Positions 63,944 through 64,000 of a DNA stretch of 64,000 bases are shown here, piece after piece. The notes below the pieces were generated by a model. That model was not told the DNA's origin. It did no database searches and saw nothing but the letters and a program-made list of their open reading frames with translations. Numbering within the stretch: the stretch's first letter is position 1; each line of letters begins with the position of its first letter. The translations under genes and the position numbers were made by a program. The stretch is from Paraspadella gotoi (lineage: Eukaryota > Animalia > Chaetognatha), in NCBI GenBank assembly GCA_051294375.1, contig CM119270.1, positions 6,999,279-7,063,278 on the forward strand. The letters run 5' to 3'.

Positions 63944-64000
63944 TCAGTGACAATCATGAGGTTCGGCGCCAGCGTCGCCCTCTACCTCGTCGTCATCGAA
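63944..64000 (-). CDS. Probable last-exon end of a gene extending beyond the window (...FDDDEVEGDAGAEPHDCH*)
   Basis: Abrupt switch to exon-like GC/CpG-rich sequence; minus-strand frame open to TGA at 63946-63944. An alternative plus-strand reading from ATG 63956 (MRFGASVALYLVVIE, signal-peptide-like) cannot be excluded. Confidence 0.35.
   Translation of the reverse strand, partial: FDDDEVEGDAGAEPHDCH

Overview
Eukaryotic (invertebrate animal-type) genomic DNA, with CpG-rich GC-rich exons, AT-rich introns and abundant (AG)n/(CT)n microsatellites. Five complete spliced genes were reconstructed by hand, each with a coding length divisible by 3: KIF13/Khc-73 kinesin-3 (-, 14 exons), an MTMR10/12-type pseudophosphatase (+, 6 exons), enkurin (+, 5 exons), a KMT2E/SETD5/UpSET-like PHD-SET protein (-, 13 exons) and an enlarged CCDC9-like protein (-, 10 exons). 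A probable gene end lies at the right edge. Non-coding DNA holds Helentron-type (HINE) elements, MITEs/foldbacks, minisatellites and a three-copy orphan repeat. The most notable item is an intact-looking, densely base-paired Pol III-type RNA unit at 52961-53193, with a tRNA-like head and an 8-bp loop-to-body pseudoknot. Other highlights are two GC-AG introns, 367-456 nt AG-exclusion zones, a PAM2 motif in the CCDC9-like protein, candidate alternative first exons of KIF13 and a ribozyme-like fold in an enkurin intron. No prokaryotic systems or CRISPR arrays were seen. All calls come from reading the sequence; no searches or folding programs were run.
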